A stretch of 64,000 bases of DNA from Eledone cirrhosa (lineage: Eukaryota): positions 280,240,001 to 280,304,000 of the forward strand of contig OZ024743.1 in the NCBI GenBank assembly GCA_964016885.1, written 5' to 3'. Positions 27,360-41,358 of the stretch are shown in pieces. The notes under the pieces are model-generated. The model worked only from the letters and a program-made list of their open reading frames with translations, ran no database searches and was not told where the DNA came from. How positions within the stretch are numbered: the first letter of the stretch is position 1; the number at the start of each line of letters is the position of its first letter. The translations under genes and the position numbers were made by a program.

Positions 27360-28420
27360 CTGCTCTTTGATCCTCTTGTCAATATCCGTGTCCATGTACC
27401 GCTTGCGAGTAATGGTAGAGCCAAAATATGTAAATTGATGGATAACATTGAGTTTGGCTGTGTTGGCTGTGTTGGCTGGTAGTGTCTCTGTGTTGGCTGT
27501 GTTGGCTGGTAGTGTCTCTGTGTTGGCTGTGTTGGCTGTGTTGGCTGGTAGTGTCTCTGTGTTGGCTGTGTTGGCTGGTAGTGTCTCTGTGTTGGCTGTG
27601 TTGGCTGGTAGTGTCTCTGTGCCTTGTACCATGTCACAAGGTGCTTGGTTTATTCAGAGTGATAGTTCGATTGAAATTCTGGCAAGCGTGTGCGAAGTTT
27701 GGGAATTCCTGCTGGGTTTGTGGGATGAGTGTTGGATCATCAGCGATATGCTGGACAGTTTACTGTCCGACCCTTGACGCAGAATGACAACATACTTCAG
27801 CAGCGGAGCAAAGAAGATTCAGAAGAATGTGTGATCAATGACTAAGCCTTGTTCGAAGCCGTTGCGGATGCTGAAGGGCATATAGGAACCACCATTAAAA
27901 TGCATTGTCCTTTTCATGTTGACATGAAAAGAGATTATCAAGCTCTCAATTTTGATGGACAGAAAATCGTCACAAATAGCTTGAAAATCCCGTCCCCACT
28001 GACCAAGTCAAGCAACTAGATAAGGTAACGTTCATGGACATTTGCTGTATTCGACATTTCTGGAATTGGTTAAAAAATAAATATATAGCTACAGAAGATC
28101 TTTCATGCTGGGCTCCATACTGTGACTGGTTGTACACGTTTTATCCAACTTCAGCATGCGGTTCGTATTGACCTGAAGAAACGCTTTGCTACTGACATGA
28201 TGGAAGATGTCACCGTGGTTGTTGCCGTCATTTCTGTTGCCCTTTTTCGTATACAGAACAGAGATCTTGGCATTCCTCGTGGCTTCTACTGCACCTCTTT
28301 ATTGCTAGCAATAGCGTAGAACTTCGTTCAAGGATTGAAAGCATCCGGAGGAATCCCATCTCTACCCGGAGCTTTGCCTGATGACAGGTTTTTAATGTCC
28401 ATGTATATCTCACGTTGTCG
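27360..28420 (-). pseudogene. Old RTE/BovB RT fragment containing a 9/27-bp minisatellite (27455-27621)
   Basis: LNVIHQFTYFGSTITRKRYMDTDIDKRI at 27360-27453; GRDGIPPDAF-like motif near 28340-28370. Confidence 0.6.
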
Positions 28421-28574
28421 AGTAAGAATAAATATCAAATTGACGTTTAAAACAAAGATAGGGTTCTACAATGTGTGTGTGTGTGACAGCTCACACATAT
28501 GCAGGTTTAGCTGGCCTCCTCCAAGGTATATCTCGCTGGAGGTGTCTTGGGTGATTTAATGATAGGGACCCCAG

Positions 28575-28717
28575 TCCTATCATTTCATTTCTACAGCTGA
28601 GTAAACTGGAGCAACGTGAAATAAAGTGTCTTGCTCAAGGAAACAACACATCACCCGGTCCGAGAATTGAACTCACAACCTTTCGATTGCAAGCCCAATG
28701 CTCTAACTACTAAGCCA
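28575..28717 (-). mobile_element. tRNA-derived SINE with CORE-like domain
   Basis: Minus strand: A-box tggcttagtagttaga, B-box gagttcaattc, then ccttgagcaagacacttta...ttgctccagtttactcagctg. Confidence 0.8.
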
Positions 28718-28740
28718 TATATATATATATATATATATAT

Positions 28741-29762
28741 ATCATCGTTTCATCATCATCATTGTTTATCGTCCATCTTCCACGCTAGCATGGGTCGGAC
28801 GGGCTGTCCTTTGGTGAGAGATCGGGTCGGGGGACCGTGATTCGCTCACACAGAACTGATTTGGGCTTTGTTTCTACGGCTGGATGCCCTTGCTAATACC
28901 AACCACATTTACTGTGTGCCGGGTGATTTTGTCGTCTGGACTGGGTGCTTTGTGTCGTGACACCTACACGACCACTTTACAACGTGGAGTGGGCGTTTAT
29001 GTCGTGACACCTACATGATCACTATATAGCGTGAGCTGATCTATTTTGTCGTGGCTCCAGGTGGGGATCACTTTATGGAGGGGGGTTGGGAATTTGGGAG
29101 GGGTGAGGGAAGTTCCTTGCGGAAATTGGGGACGTAGGTATAGGGGTGGGATGATTACGAGAGAGGTTTATGGGAGTGGAGATGATTGGAGAAAGTGTTC
29201 CCACTAGATAAATGCCTCAGCCCGAGAGTATAAGAGGGTGGTTCTTCTGTAATACTTCATAGCACCAGAGGTTAGGGTCCTGTGCCATCGCCTTTGTGTG
29301 GTGTAATTGAGCAAAGTTAGTTTTTATCACTTTATCCCAAGTCTTCCTAGGCCTGCCTACTCCATGGCTACCGTCAACTTGAGTGCTCAGCACCTTTTTA
29401 TACAGCTGTCATCCTTCATACGCATCACATGTCCATACCAATGAAATCTCCTATCCTGCACACATTTGATCCCTCTTATACCTAATTTCTCACGCAGTTC
29501 GTTTATGCTTTGCCGTTCGCGTATGTTGCTATTGCACACCCATCAAAGCATGGGGGCTTCATGTCTTTCCAATCTTCGCAGGTACTCTGCACACAGTGCC
29601 CAGGTCTCGCTGTTATACAACATACTTGTTCGTATACATGCATCATACAGCCTGCCTTTCATTTTGAGAGACAACCTTTTGTAGTTAGCAGCGGTAGTAG
29701 ATCCCTGGACTTTCTCCAACCCGATCTCACTCTGGTGACTGTGCTTTCGAAACACCCTCCCT
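28741..29762 (-). mobile_element. 3' fragment of an RTE-type LINE
   Basis: LSLKMKGRLYDACIRTSMLYNSETW..., WYGHVMRM, GRPRKTW; 3' UTR ends in (GAT)n and matches 1383-1520. Confidence 0.8.
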
Positions 29763-29952
29763 TACTGCTTATATCTATATATATATAGTAACTGGGGCTT
29801 GTGTCCGTTCACTATTAATGGTCACGATAGTGAGTCCTGAAACCCATAGTAAAACGTAATGGTATTTTTGTTTATTGGAACCAAATCAATGCCCTGTCAC
29901 TCTTGCCTCTGTAGTCAGAGGGTCATCAGACAAGTCTAATTTGGTCTTAATC

Positions 29953-29989
<37 letters not shown>

Positions 29990-29994
<5 letters not shown>

Positions 29995-30099
29995 TCCGAG
30001 TAAACAAGGTTCTCAATACATATATAGAGTGACGCCAGAGTTTCATATAGAAAAGTCTTCTACATGACTAGGACTGATTAATTCGTATGACATTATCAG

Positions 30100-30113
<14 letters not shown>
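29990..30113 (-). mobile_element. Degenerate copy of the 17098/41883 hammerhead family
   Basis: Minus strand ttcctgataatgtcatacgaattaatcagtcctagtcatgtagaagac...gtattgagaacctt; core mutated; lies between (TA)n runs. Confidence 0.55.
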
Positions 30114-30170
<57 letters not shown>

Positions 30171-30209
30171 CATACACACACGGACACACACACATACACA
30201 CACACACAT

Positions 30210-30245
<36 letters not shown>

Positions 30246-30302
30246 GCGTTAAACTAATTTATTACTTCCATGTACTGTGCCGTTTGTTTTATTTTGTTTA
30301 CC

Positions 30303-30367
<65 letters not shown>

Positions 30368-30593
30368 CACATATATATATATATATATGCATGTATGTAT
30401 GTAGGTATTATGTATAGATGTGTGTGTATATATATGTGTTTTTGTGCGTGTGTTGTGTATATGTTATTTATTTTAAAGTAATTGACATAAAAATAAATAA
30501 GACTTTCACTGTTTTATATTGAGTACTTTCCATGCACCAGTGGTTACTTCTGTTTTCACAAAAATATTTTTATTTCATAGAGACACTGAGAAT

Positions 30594-30643
<50 letters not shown>

Positions 30644-30739
30644 AAGAGAGAGAGAGAGAGAATGAGAAAGAGAGAGAGAGAGAGAGAGAGTGGGGTATAT
30701 AAAAATTATTTATAGAAAAACAGGAATGAGGAATCATAC

Positions 30740-31500
30740 GTGGACAAGTGGAGAGAAAGTTAGAAAGAGTGAGAGCGGGGGGGGGGGGGGGGTGAAATAG
30801 TGAGAGTGGGAGGGAAAGAGAGAGAGAGAGCGTTAGAAAGAATGAAAAAAACGAGATAGAGAGTTAGAAAGAGTGAGATGCGGGAGGGAAAGAGAGAGCG
30901 TTAGAAAAGGTAAGGGTGGTAGGGAAAGGGAGAGAGTTAGAAAGAGTGATGGTGGGAAAGAAAGGGAGAGAGAGTTAGAAATAGTTAGAGTGGGGGGGGG
31001 GTGAAATAGTGAGAGTGGGAGGGAAAGAGAGAGAGAGAGCGTTAGAAAGATTGAAAAAAACGAGATAGAGAGTTAGAAAGAGTGAGAGTGGGAGAGAAAG
31101 AGAGAGAGCGTTAGAAAGAGTGAGAGCGGGAGAGAAAGAGAGAGAGCGTTAGAAAGAGTGAGAGCGGGAGAGAAAGAGAGAGAGTTAGAAAGAGTGAGAG
31201 CGGGAGAGAAAGAGAGAGAGTTAGAAAGAGTGAGAGCGGGAGGGAAAGAGAGAGCGTTAGAAAAGGTAAGGGTGGTAGGGAAAGGGAGAGAGTTAGAAAG
31301 AGTGATGGTGGGAAAGAAAGGGAGAGAGAGTTAGAAATAGTGAGAGTGGGAGAGAAAGAGAGAGCGTTAGAAAGAGTGAGAGTGGGAGGGAAAGAGAGAG
31401 AGTTAGAAAGAATAAGAACAGGAAGGAAAGGAAGAGATATATTTAGAAAGAGAGAGGGAGAGTCAGAAAGAGAGAGGGAGAGTTAGAAAGAAAGAGAGAA
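30740..31500. repeat. Purine-rich compound repeat (unit about 35 bp)
   Basis: Recurring gagagttagaaagagtgagagcgggagagaaa with block duplications. Confidence 0.85.
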
Positions 31501-31673
31501 AGCTAGAAAGAGTGAGAGCGAGAGAGAAAGAGAGAGAGAGTAGAAGAAAGGAGAGACTGAAACATAGATATGGAAACGTATGTTCTTCTCTTTTTTCGGC
31601 ATGATTATCTTTTTGAAAATGGAAACACGTTTTTTAAATAAATGTACGTAACTATTTACGTATGTGTATTTGG

Positions 31674-31709
<36 letters not shown>

Positions 31710-32947
31710 GTGTGTGTGTGTGTGTGAATGCGTGTGAGTATGTGTATACTTGTATGTGAGAGATAGATAGATAGAAGGAAGAAGAAAACAATAAATAAAT
31801 ATAGATGGAGAGATAATAAGAGAATGCGAAAGAAAGAAAGAAGAAAAAAGAAAGCAAGAGTGAAAGAAATAAAGGAAGAAAGAAAGAAAGAATATATAAG
31901 GAGAGGAAGGCAGATAGAAGGAAAATATAAGTAAAGTGTGAAATAGAATTTTGTCATATAACGACGTTTTATTTTAAGAAATTTCATAACTTGTTTTATT
32001 CATTTACTATTATTTTGAGTTTTTTTTTCTGAATTGTTTATTTTTATTTCATGTTATTTATTTATTTTCACTGAAAACAACTTCAATTAATAGAAGGCAA
32101 TTAAACTAAAATATGAATGTTTCATAGAAACCTCACGTTTGAAAATTCCACCATTTTTCTAAATACTCGATAGAAAACATAAAACTTCGACAAGATTGAA
32201 TGTTCGCAATTACATTGGCAACGACCTCCTAACGAGTGATATATGCGTCAGAGCTATTTTTCCGAGAGATCATCAAAAATAGGCCTTTGGCAATTTAGGA
32301 AGCAAGAGAAAACAATAGTTTCTTTCAAAACAAAATTAGAAAAAGGAAACGTAAAGAAAGGAAAAGAAAAGTCAAGCAAAAAGAAAATGGACGAGAATAA
32401 GCGAAGAATGAAGTAAAAATGTATAAAATTACGCTTTAAAAATTTTTTAAAAAAAAATTCTCAAATTCAACGAGTTATATCAGAGAGGGTATGAAATAGA
32501 TTATTACAGCTTAACCTTTACAAAATGTATGCAGAACGGGTCGTTGCAGGGAAGTGTTTTCAACGCCACTTATTACAGAATAACTTATAGGCGCCACTAA
32601 AACGTTTTGAACGCTAATCACCAAAATGACATCCTTAGCAGACAAGAAATTATAAATTTTTTTCTTCCCATAGGTGGCGCCACCCTTGAGCTATTCAACC
32701 GTTGTCTTCGACCAAAGCCAATAATTATCTTCCATCATTCTGAAATTTTCTTTACGGCAATTTATTTAGTACGGCATCTGATTAGCATAGTACAGCTTGT
32801 GCAATTAAGATTCTCTGTCTCTCTGTCTTTCTCTTTCTCCCCCCCCCTCTCTTTCTCTCTCTATCTCTCTCTCTCTCTCTTTATCCCTCTTTTATCTCTC
32901 TATCTTTCTCAATTTAGTCTCTACCTATCACGCTATCTATCTACCCA

Positions 32948-32990
<43 letters not shown>

Positions 32991-33889
32991 CTCTTTCTCT
33001 CCCTCTCCCCCTCTCTCTCCCTATCTCTATCTCTCTGCTATTCAAACTAGTGATACTGCAAACATTCTAGACAACAGCAAATTAGAGTTATGAAAATTTA
33101 CAGTTGATATACCGATTTTGTTGGTTTGTATATTTTATTTTATTTCATTTATGCTTTTTTTCTTTAGTTTCTAATTTGATTTATTTTCTTACTTTTGTAG
33201 GCGGGGTAATAGGTTTTTCCATAAACGAACGCATAATTCTGCATCGGTTCAAAACTTATCATTCAATTAGTAGTGGCTGTTATATTTTCATTACTTGCAT
33301 ATTTTTGTTATTTACAACTTAATAGACACATCAGCTGGTTGGAGAAGCGAAGAGTTTTACTTCTCAGAAGCAGAAGGATATTATTTATGGATTTTCCAGG
33401 GCCTTCAAGACAGGAAAACAAACGTATAAGGCAAACGTTAATGTGGTTAACATCAAGTTATAATTGTTGCGGCTTAATGTTTGAAATTTATATTGGCTAA
33501 GTTTGGTATGCTGAATGTTGAAATATCTTCGATTATTTATTGTTCATGGAGTAAACGCAAGCGTGATAAAAATCTGTGGGTTTCCATGGAGTCAATGTAC
33601 ATAGGTTTGCGTGTTGTTACAGTTGAAAGTATGTTTATCGTTAGTGTAGAAAGGAAATCATTAGAAAAAGATATCCACAGTGTGAAGATCAATTAAATAT
33701 TATGAACATTGAAAATAATTTTGGCAACATGTTTCGGATTATTAAGGTAGGGTGCAGCACATTGCACCACATTTTGTATCAATCTTGCTTTCCATGTAAA
33801 GGATAATTTGATCACTCAAGGATTTGATTTAACAAATACGAAATTAATACATTGCTGATTCCTATTTTTGTTTATCTGTGGCTAATAAT

Positions 33890-34101
33890 GGTTTCTCATT
33901 TAGACACAGGCCAACAATTCTGAGGTAAGTCGATTAAGTCGACCTCAGTACGTTACTGGTTCTTTCTTTTATCGACACCGCAATGATGAAACGCAAAGTG
34001 AATCTCGGCGGGATTTGAACTCAGAACGTAAAGAGACATAACAATATATCGTAAAGCATGTTGTCCGACGCTCTACCGACACTGCCAATCTACCCACCCT
34101 T
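33890..34101 (-). mobile_element. Full-length diverged tRNA-derived SINE
   Basis: Minus strand: ttggcagtgtcggtagagcgtcggac...tttacgttctgagttcaaatcccgccgagattcactttgcgtttcatc...gtcgataaaag...ggcctgtgtctaaatgagaaacca. Confidence 0.75.
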
Positions 34102-34913
34102 ATCTGTGGTTAATAATGAGAGCTGAATATTACAATTGATTGACTCGAGCCTAACTTAATACTGGTATTTATTACATCGACTTCGGTAGGATGAAAGACC
34201 AACTCAGCCTCAAAGGAATTTCATCATATAAACTTAAATCAAATTCCATAAAACATTTAATCTTCTCCTCTATTCTTTCTTCTAGTTCATAACACGACAA
34301 CATATGAACAATATTGTTATTCTTTTTGTAATTTTAAATTTACGACTAGGATTGGTTTAATCATTGAAAGACGACAGTTTATGGCGAAATTTAAGTAATG
34401 TTTTACAATCACAGATCATACCACACTTCAACTTATAATGATTCGTTGTGAAAAATAAATAATTTAGTCTTTATTTCGAAGAGGTCATGTGCAGAATGAA
34501 ATTTTAAAAATGTTATTGCAAAAAGAAAAAAAGAGGAAACAGTAAAATAATTTATTTTCTTTAAAATAAAATCCACTGTAATTCTTCAAAAATATTGCAG
34601 AATTAATTAATTTTGCAGTCTTGAATAGTTTATTGCGTTTACTGCAAGAATTAATTTATTTCAATATTTTTAAGATGACAAGAAAATATTCACTTGTATG
34701 TCTTGAAGTCATTCTAACAATATTTAAAGACGAATGTTGTATGTTTGTTTAACTGCCAATGAATTGGTGTACTTTTCACTGTCAACAGTTTAAAAAAATA
34801 AATCCTCAATATATTCTTCATAGTTCAATTAACAAAAAAAGTATGACAATCTCAATACAATAATAGGAATATTTATTTCGTCATTTTTGTAAAGATCATT
34901 TTAATATTAATAT

Positions 34914-34972
<59 letters not shown>

Positions 34973-36293
34973 CTGAAATTTTATTGAAAAAAGGAGAACG
35001 GAATAGAGTTGCAGTAAGTTCTACTCTAAAGTGGTTAGAGCTTTGTAATAATCTAATTAGTCTTTGCCATCACATTAAATTATGTTTGTTGTGTACTATT
35101 GGATTTGTAGGCTGAGTCCACCACTTTGGTTTGCTCACTTACATCAGTAAAGTCTGAAATCAATATCACAATTTCCATTTCCTTTCAAATAAAAAAAGAG
35201 AAATTAGATTTATGCACACATGGAGATGGCAGCGCGGAAAGAATTCCACTATATATTTCCTGAGATAAATGACAATCTGAAACCGGAAATAAGTATACAT
35301 TTAAAGGGAAAATTACGAAAAGTTATTATAATATCATTAATGTATAGAATACGAATATGAATAAAGAAAATCTGTTTACAATATAGTTATAATATTTTTA
35401 TATAAAAAACTGAACTCACAAATTTCACCCGCCATTTAATTTTTTTCGTCCTAAATTTTCATTATTTTCAATGTCTTCATTTGGTGAAAATCGTATATAA
35501 TCTGCATGGAATTTTCTGAGAAAACACAAAAATCTTACCATATACATTTATAAGATATCAAATTTAAACACAATTGATTCGACAGAAGAGGACAATATGC
35601 GACTATGATTGTGAAAATAATTTGATTTATTGTGAAAAGGATATTTGTTTTTTCTGCCCCCAACCCTACCGACCAAACAATAACACCAACACCCCTCCAG
35701 CACTAAAGTTCACTAACAAAAGAAAACATGTATGGACAATTATATTCCTAGCCTTTACATCTCTTGAATCCGAAATATAGATTAATATTTATTGATATCT
35801 TTTAAAGAAGATGGTATATTTAACCCCGTAGTGAAATAGCAACTTATTAACCTTTCAGAGATAGGGTACCTGATGGACAATTTAAGTCGATTAAACCACA
35901 TATTTTCCCCAGATTCAGACAGTTCGAAGAACCGTGAAAATATTTATGACTTTCCACAAGGCGATTTAATGGATAAGTAGTTGTATTAATAGCATTAACA
36001 AAAGAAATATTGTCATTTGGTTATTGACTCTCTCTTATCTCGTTGAAAAATATTGAAATAAATATTAATGAGACCGTATATACAGACTCAGCGGGAGAAT
36101 GTGTTAGTTTGCTTAAGGTATTCTTGTCTCCAGATGATTCACATAACATTCTCAACACTATTGGTTTTTGTCTGTTTGTTTGTTTGTTTTGTTTTTATTT
36201 TTGCTGTCTATCTTTCTTTAGCTGAATATCTTGGTTTCTTTTTCTATCTCCACCCACAATATCTACCTATCTATCTATCTGTCATTCTATCAA

Positions 36294-36373
<80 letters not shown>

Positions 36374-36551
36374 CATATATATATATATATATATATTATA
36401 GCCGTAATAACCTGTGGCTTAAGGGGCAAGTATTTCATGCCTAAGGCCACTTTTCAAACTGGCTTGAAAAGTGCCCTTGGGTACAAAAAACTACTGGCTG
36501 GCCCCCGAATGTTAGCTATCGTTTCTCCCATCTGTAGAGAGATGTCTTTCT

Positions 36552-36613
<62 letters not shown>

Positions 36614-36961
36614 AAATAGAGAACAGCTTTTCTTTCAACTATATACTGAGAAAATGATGTGCTCCAGCTGGATCATTTTCAAAAAGGATTGTTTTTCATT
36701 TCCTCATTCGTTCTTTATGCTTAATTTGGAACAGTAGTGTTCGTCATCTGTGTGTGTATTAACGTTTGGAATATTCCATGGTGAAGCTAGTGGCATAATG
36801 GTCATTTACTTTGGAAGTGGTAGGAAATATAACACAGGCACATCCATACATACATAAATATATACGCATATTAATGAATACATGCATACATACATACACA
36901 CATACACACACATACATACATGCATACATACATGCATACATACATACAAACATACATACAT

Positions 36962-37245
36962 ACATGATGATGATGGCTGCCCCCTCGTTATCGAGTATGG
37001 CCATTGCACGATATACCATTATTAATAATTATTAATTAATTCTATCGTGCAATGCCTGTGCGTGAAGATATGTTTTAAACTGGGGAAAGACAGTGCACTG
37101 AGCCAATCCCACTCTCTGAGCGACAGTAGCTATAACTCGAAAAGAAGAAAAGATCAACAGCATCGGTAACTACTGAGCCGCAGGTTTTATATCGGAGTCA
37201 TTCCAGTTTCCTGAGTTGCCTTCTCCTAGAAGAATGCCCTGACAT
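36962..37245 (-). mobile_element. Bipartite non-autonomous RTE derivative (family B)
   Basis: 5' part resembles family A (ctaggagaagg...gtgggattggct..gtgcactg..gcacaggcattgc); the 3' tail is identical to the tail of the RTE at 9620-9672. Confidence 0.65.
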
Positions 37246-37257
37246 CCATACATACAC

Positions 37258-37672
37258 ATATGGTGGCTGCCAACTCGTTTTCGAGTACGGCCACTACTTT
37301 ATATCCATGTAGGAGAACCCCTACCGATGCACTGAACGAGTGTGACTTTTTAGTCCAGCCAGCGACTTGAAAACTCTGGTACAAACACTACACTTGTGAC
37401 AATTATTGACACATAGTGCTGGGCCCATGGTACCATGTGACGACAAGTGCAGAGAGATCTCCAGATATAAAGCAATGCCTGTGCCGTGAAGCTTTTATAG
37501 TGAGCAAAGGCACTGCACAAAGCCAGTCCCACTCTCTTAACCAAGATGATATTTACCAAAAAGAAGAACAAATCAACATCATTGGATACTATCAGGGTTG
37601 CAGGTGTTATATCAGAGTTTTCCTTCTCCTAGAATTCTGCCTTGACAAAGGCTAAGGGATCATCTCTCCCGG
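37258..37672 (-). mobile_element. Bipartite RTE derivative family A, 5'-truncated
   Basis: Near-identical to 9008-9420 and 37760-38170. Confidence 0.8.
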
Positions 37673-37759
37673 ACATACATACATACATACATACATACAT
37701 ACATACATACATACATACATACATACATACATACATACATACATACATACATACATACA

Positions 37760-38367
37760 TTGTGGCTGCCAACTCGTTTTCGAGTATGGCCACTACTTTA
37801 TATCCATGTAGGAGAACCCCTACCAATGCGCTGAACGAGTGTGACTTTTTAGTCCAGCCAGCGACTTGAAAACTCTGGTACAAACACTACACTTGTGACA
37901 ATTATTGACACATAGTGCTGGGCCCATGGTACCATGTGACGACAAGTGCAGAGAGATCTCCAGATATAAAGCAATGCCTGTGCTGTGAAGCTTTTATAGT
38001 GAGCAAAGGCACTGCACAAAGCCAGTCCCACTCTCTTAACCAAGATGATATTTACCAAAAAGAAGAACATGTCAACATCATTGGATACCATCAGAGTTTC
38101 AGGTGTTATATCAGAGTTTTCCTTCTCCTAGAATTCTGCCTTGACAAAGGCTAAGGGGTCATCTCTCCCGGTGATTTTGGATGGCTATTGACTCTTAAGA
38201 GCCCCTTTGCCATTTGACAGGTTTTGTTTTTAGTCCAGCAGGATGTCCAAAGCCACCCTCCTCACCAAGAAACCTTGGTGGGTTTGCCAGTTTAGTCGCC
38301 AACGACCCGACCATGAGACAGGTTGTACTGGGATACATGTTACCAGTAGCACCAACTGGTGACCTGA
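37760..38367 (-). mobile_element. Bipartite RTE derivative family A, apparently full length (about 600 bp)
   Basis: Same 5' boundary (gtcaccagttg) as the 9008-9612 copy; flanked by (CATA)n on both sides. Confidence 0.8.
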
Positions 38368-38471
38368 CACATACATACATACATACATACATACATACAT
38401 ACATACATACATACATACATACATACATACATACATACATACATACATAATACATACATACATACATACAT

Positions 38472-39103
38472 ATGAAAGAGTACTGGTGGAATGTTCCAGT
38501 AAAAACCCCAATAAAATGCAGGCATAACAGACCAGATATTATGATATGGGACAGGGAGAAGAAAACATGCACAGTAGTGGAAATTAGCTGCCCAGCAGAT
38601 GCCAATATAATATCAAAGATTAGTGAAAAGGAGAATATTTATGCAGAACTGATGAGAAATCTGCAGATACTCCACCCTGATTACACCTTCAGATTTATGC
38701 CTGTGATTATTGGGGCAGTGGGATATGTTAGTAACTGCCTCAATACAAATCTTGAGAAGCTGGGCTTGACAGGATCAGAAAGAACATAACTAGTTAGGAA
38801 ATTACAAGTACAATCCATTAATGGAACAGTAAAAATATGTAAAACATTCCAAAAATTTTGCATCTAATAACTGCATATACACATGTACAGATACAAAACA
38901 TATACACATGCACACATACAACTCAAAACATACACATCCACACATACAATAACATCCATATTTATACATGCATGCATGCAGACATACATACATATCTACC
39001 TAGTTGATGTTGTGTAAATTCCAATGAGAGAGTCTTGTGTCTATGTTAGAAACCGACTCTCACTCTATTCGTAAAACTTTGTGAAATTATAAAACCAGAA
39101 GAA
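38472..39103 (+). mobile_element. 3' end of an R4/Dong-type LINE (restriction-like endonuclease) in (CATA)n
   Basis: YWWNVPV...HNRPDIMIWD...VVEISCP...KENIY...PVIIGAVG; in-frame stop at 38789, continuing to GTVKICKTF. Confidence 0.85.
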
Positions 39104-39232
39104 CATACATACATACATACACACATACATACACACATACATACACACATACATACACACACACATACATACACACATACAAACACACACACATACATAC
39201 ACACATACATACATACATACATACATACATAC

Positions 39233-39263
<31 letters not shown>

Positions 39264-39633
39264 CATACATACATACATACATACATACATACATACATAC
39301 ATGCATACCACCTCTTTATACATAGCGATGGTTTCATTAGTGAGCTGGATATCTTCGTTTCTAGTTAGATAAAACTATGCAAACTATTTAACTCACTATA
39401 TATGGGTGTGTATTTGAGTGTGTGAGCCTGTGAGCGTGGGAAAATGATTATGTCCGTGTGAGTCAATAACTATACTTGAATATGTGTATGTGGGTGAAAG
39501 TTGAATGCGTGTGTGTAGGTTGTGTATGTGTAGATTTGTACGTGGATTTGATTCTTTTGGAAGTGTATGTATATGTGTGCGTGCGTGCACAGTTATACGC
39601 GTGTGCGTTCGTATCCATATGCGCCTTCTGTGT

Positions 39634-39672
<39 letters not shown>

Positions 39673-40636
39673 TGGCAATTTAAAGCACATGCTAGTCGTT
39701 TATATGTTTATGTCTGTTTCTAGTATGCGTGCGTGTGCATACAAGGGTTTATATTTTTGTACTGTATATTGTATATATTTGAACTTGTCCATGGGGTGGC
39801 TGTCCATAGAGCTTGAGATTGCTATGCCGTCTTCCGTGTACGGTGAACAAATGTGGGCAGGTTTCTGTCTATATAGCGATTCCACTATAAACAACCGATG
39901 CGATCAGCAGCTTCAGCCTTGCCGGAGCTCCCTATGGATTGTCACGGAATAGTAGCGATTTCCAGGTCGTTAGTCTCAGTGTATTTTTGTAGGAGGCGTT
40001 CGACATGGAAGTGTAAAAAGTCTTGTTTGGACATTGCCAGTGGTTTCGGTGAACGTATCACTTCAGATAACTTCTGAATAGGTACTGAAAGACAGAGAAG
40101 TGGTTTCAAAGATGCCAAAATCGTGTTTTAAAGTGTTTTACACATCGGTTGCTTCAGGTCATGTGGTGACGTTGAACGATTATCACCTTTAACCTGTGTA
40201 TACACGTATACATAAAGGACACCAGCATAAATCATACAGAGACATAAGATATGCAGATTGCTTCCCAGGGATGCAGGCTCCATCAGGTTACCTGATTTTT
40301 CCTGGGGTCAGCAAAAGAAAAAAGACTGTTGTCGCTGACGGCTCGCGCGACATGAAGATCTTTGTAACACTTGTTTATTCAGAATGAGTTTCAAGAAGAA
40401 TTATACGTGTTTACATCTAACGAAACCACAAGTAATGCACGAATAATTCGAGGTGTTAGCACACACACACGCACTCGTATACAAACATATACATATATAC
40501 ACATAAATACTTAAAGAGAAAGAGAGAGAGATAGAGAGAGAGATAGCGAGAGAGAGATACAAACATACATTAATGAGAGTATGTAGCTGTTTCTCTTAGT
40601 CTCTTTCTGGCCCCCACCCTCTCTCTGTCCTTCTCA

Positions 40637-40660
<24 letters not shown>

Positions 40661-40727
<67 letters not shown>

Positions 40728-41358
40728 TGTAGTTCCTGTATGTTTGTTTGTTCACGAACTACTCCTATGGTTTGGGAGATAGACCCCCATAACCCTCTGA
40801 AACTACATTGCCCAGGGTACTTGGATAAGTATATTTCATTTTAATCAAAAGGTTCCCCGGGGCACAAATCCCCGCTGAAAATTTGTTTCCTTCGATTTAT
40901 ATGAAATTTAAACCATAGGTAAATGACAAGATATGATACCCATTCACAAAATTTCAGTAAATTTCAATAGTATTAAGACACTCTAATGGGGGTTAAACCC
41001 CATATTAGAGTTCCCCGGGGACACAAACATCCGCTGAAAATGTTTTCCATTCGATTTATATGAAATTTGAACCATAGGTAAATGACAAGATATGATGGCT
41101 ATTCAAAAAGTTTTGAATTGATATTTTGATAAAAATTATTAACAAGAAACAAAATAAGAATAAGATTTAATAATGTAATTTTGATTTGATATATTACAAA
41201 AAATAATGTTTTCCAATATTTCATGCATTACATTTTACATTGAGTAATATTAAAATGCACAGTTTTACTCCATAAATTATATCACTGATTTAAAATCAAT
41301 TATCATTTTCTTACGAAAGAATGTGTGAAACGCAGCAAGGCGCAGGTAATTCGGCTAG
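40661..41358 (+). mobile_element. Non-autonomous Helitron with an internal duplication (about 95 bp, period about 158 bp)
   Basis: Starts tctata(TA)n-aaagttgt; ends cgcagcaaggcgcaggtaattcggCTAG|T; block gttccccggg...gacaagatatgat occurs at 40852 and 41010. Confidence 0.7.

Noticed and set aside
28640-28717. tRNA-like sequence
   Set aside because: It is the head of a SINE continuing into a CORE-like body, and the acceptor stem is not intact.
29890-29935. Minus-strand ctgatga followed by a hairpin
   Set aside because: GAAA and helix III are missing, so it cannot be called a hammerhead.
33326-33430. Possible host exon (TSAGWRSEEFYFSEAEGYYLWIFQG)
   Set aside because: Plausible acceptor but weak donor, no recognisable homology and no partner exons; needs RNA-seq or BLASTX.
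39790-40380. Possible very old LINE RT remnant on the minus strand (RELRQG-like word)
   Set aside because: Motifs are too degenerate to support by eye; needs TBLASTN or HMMER.
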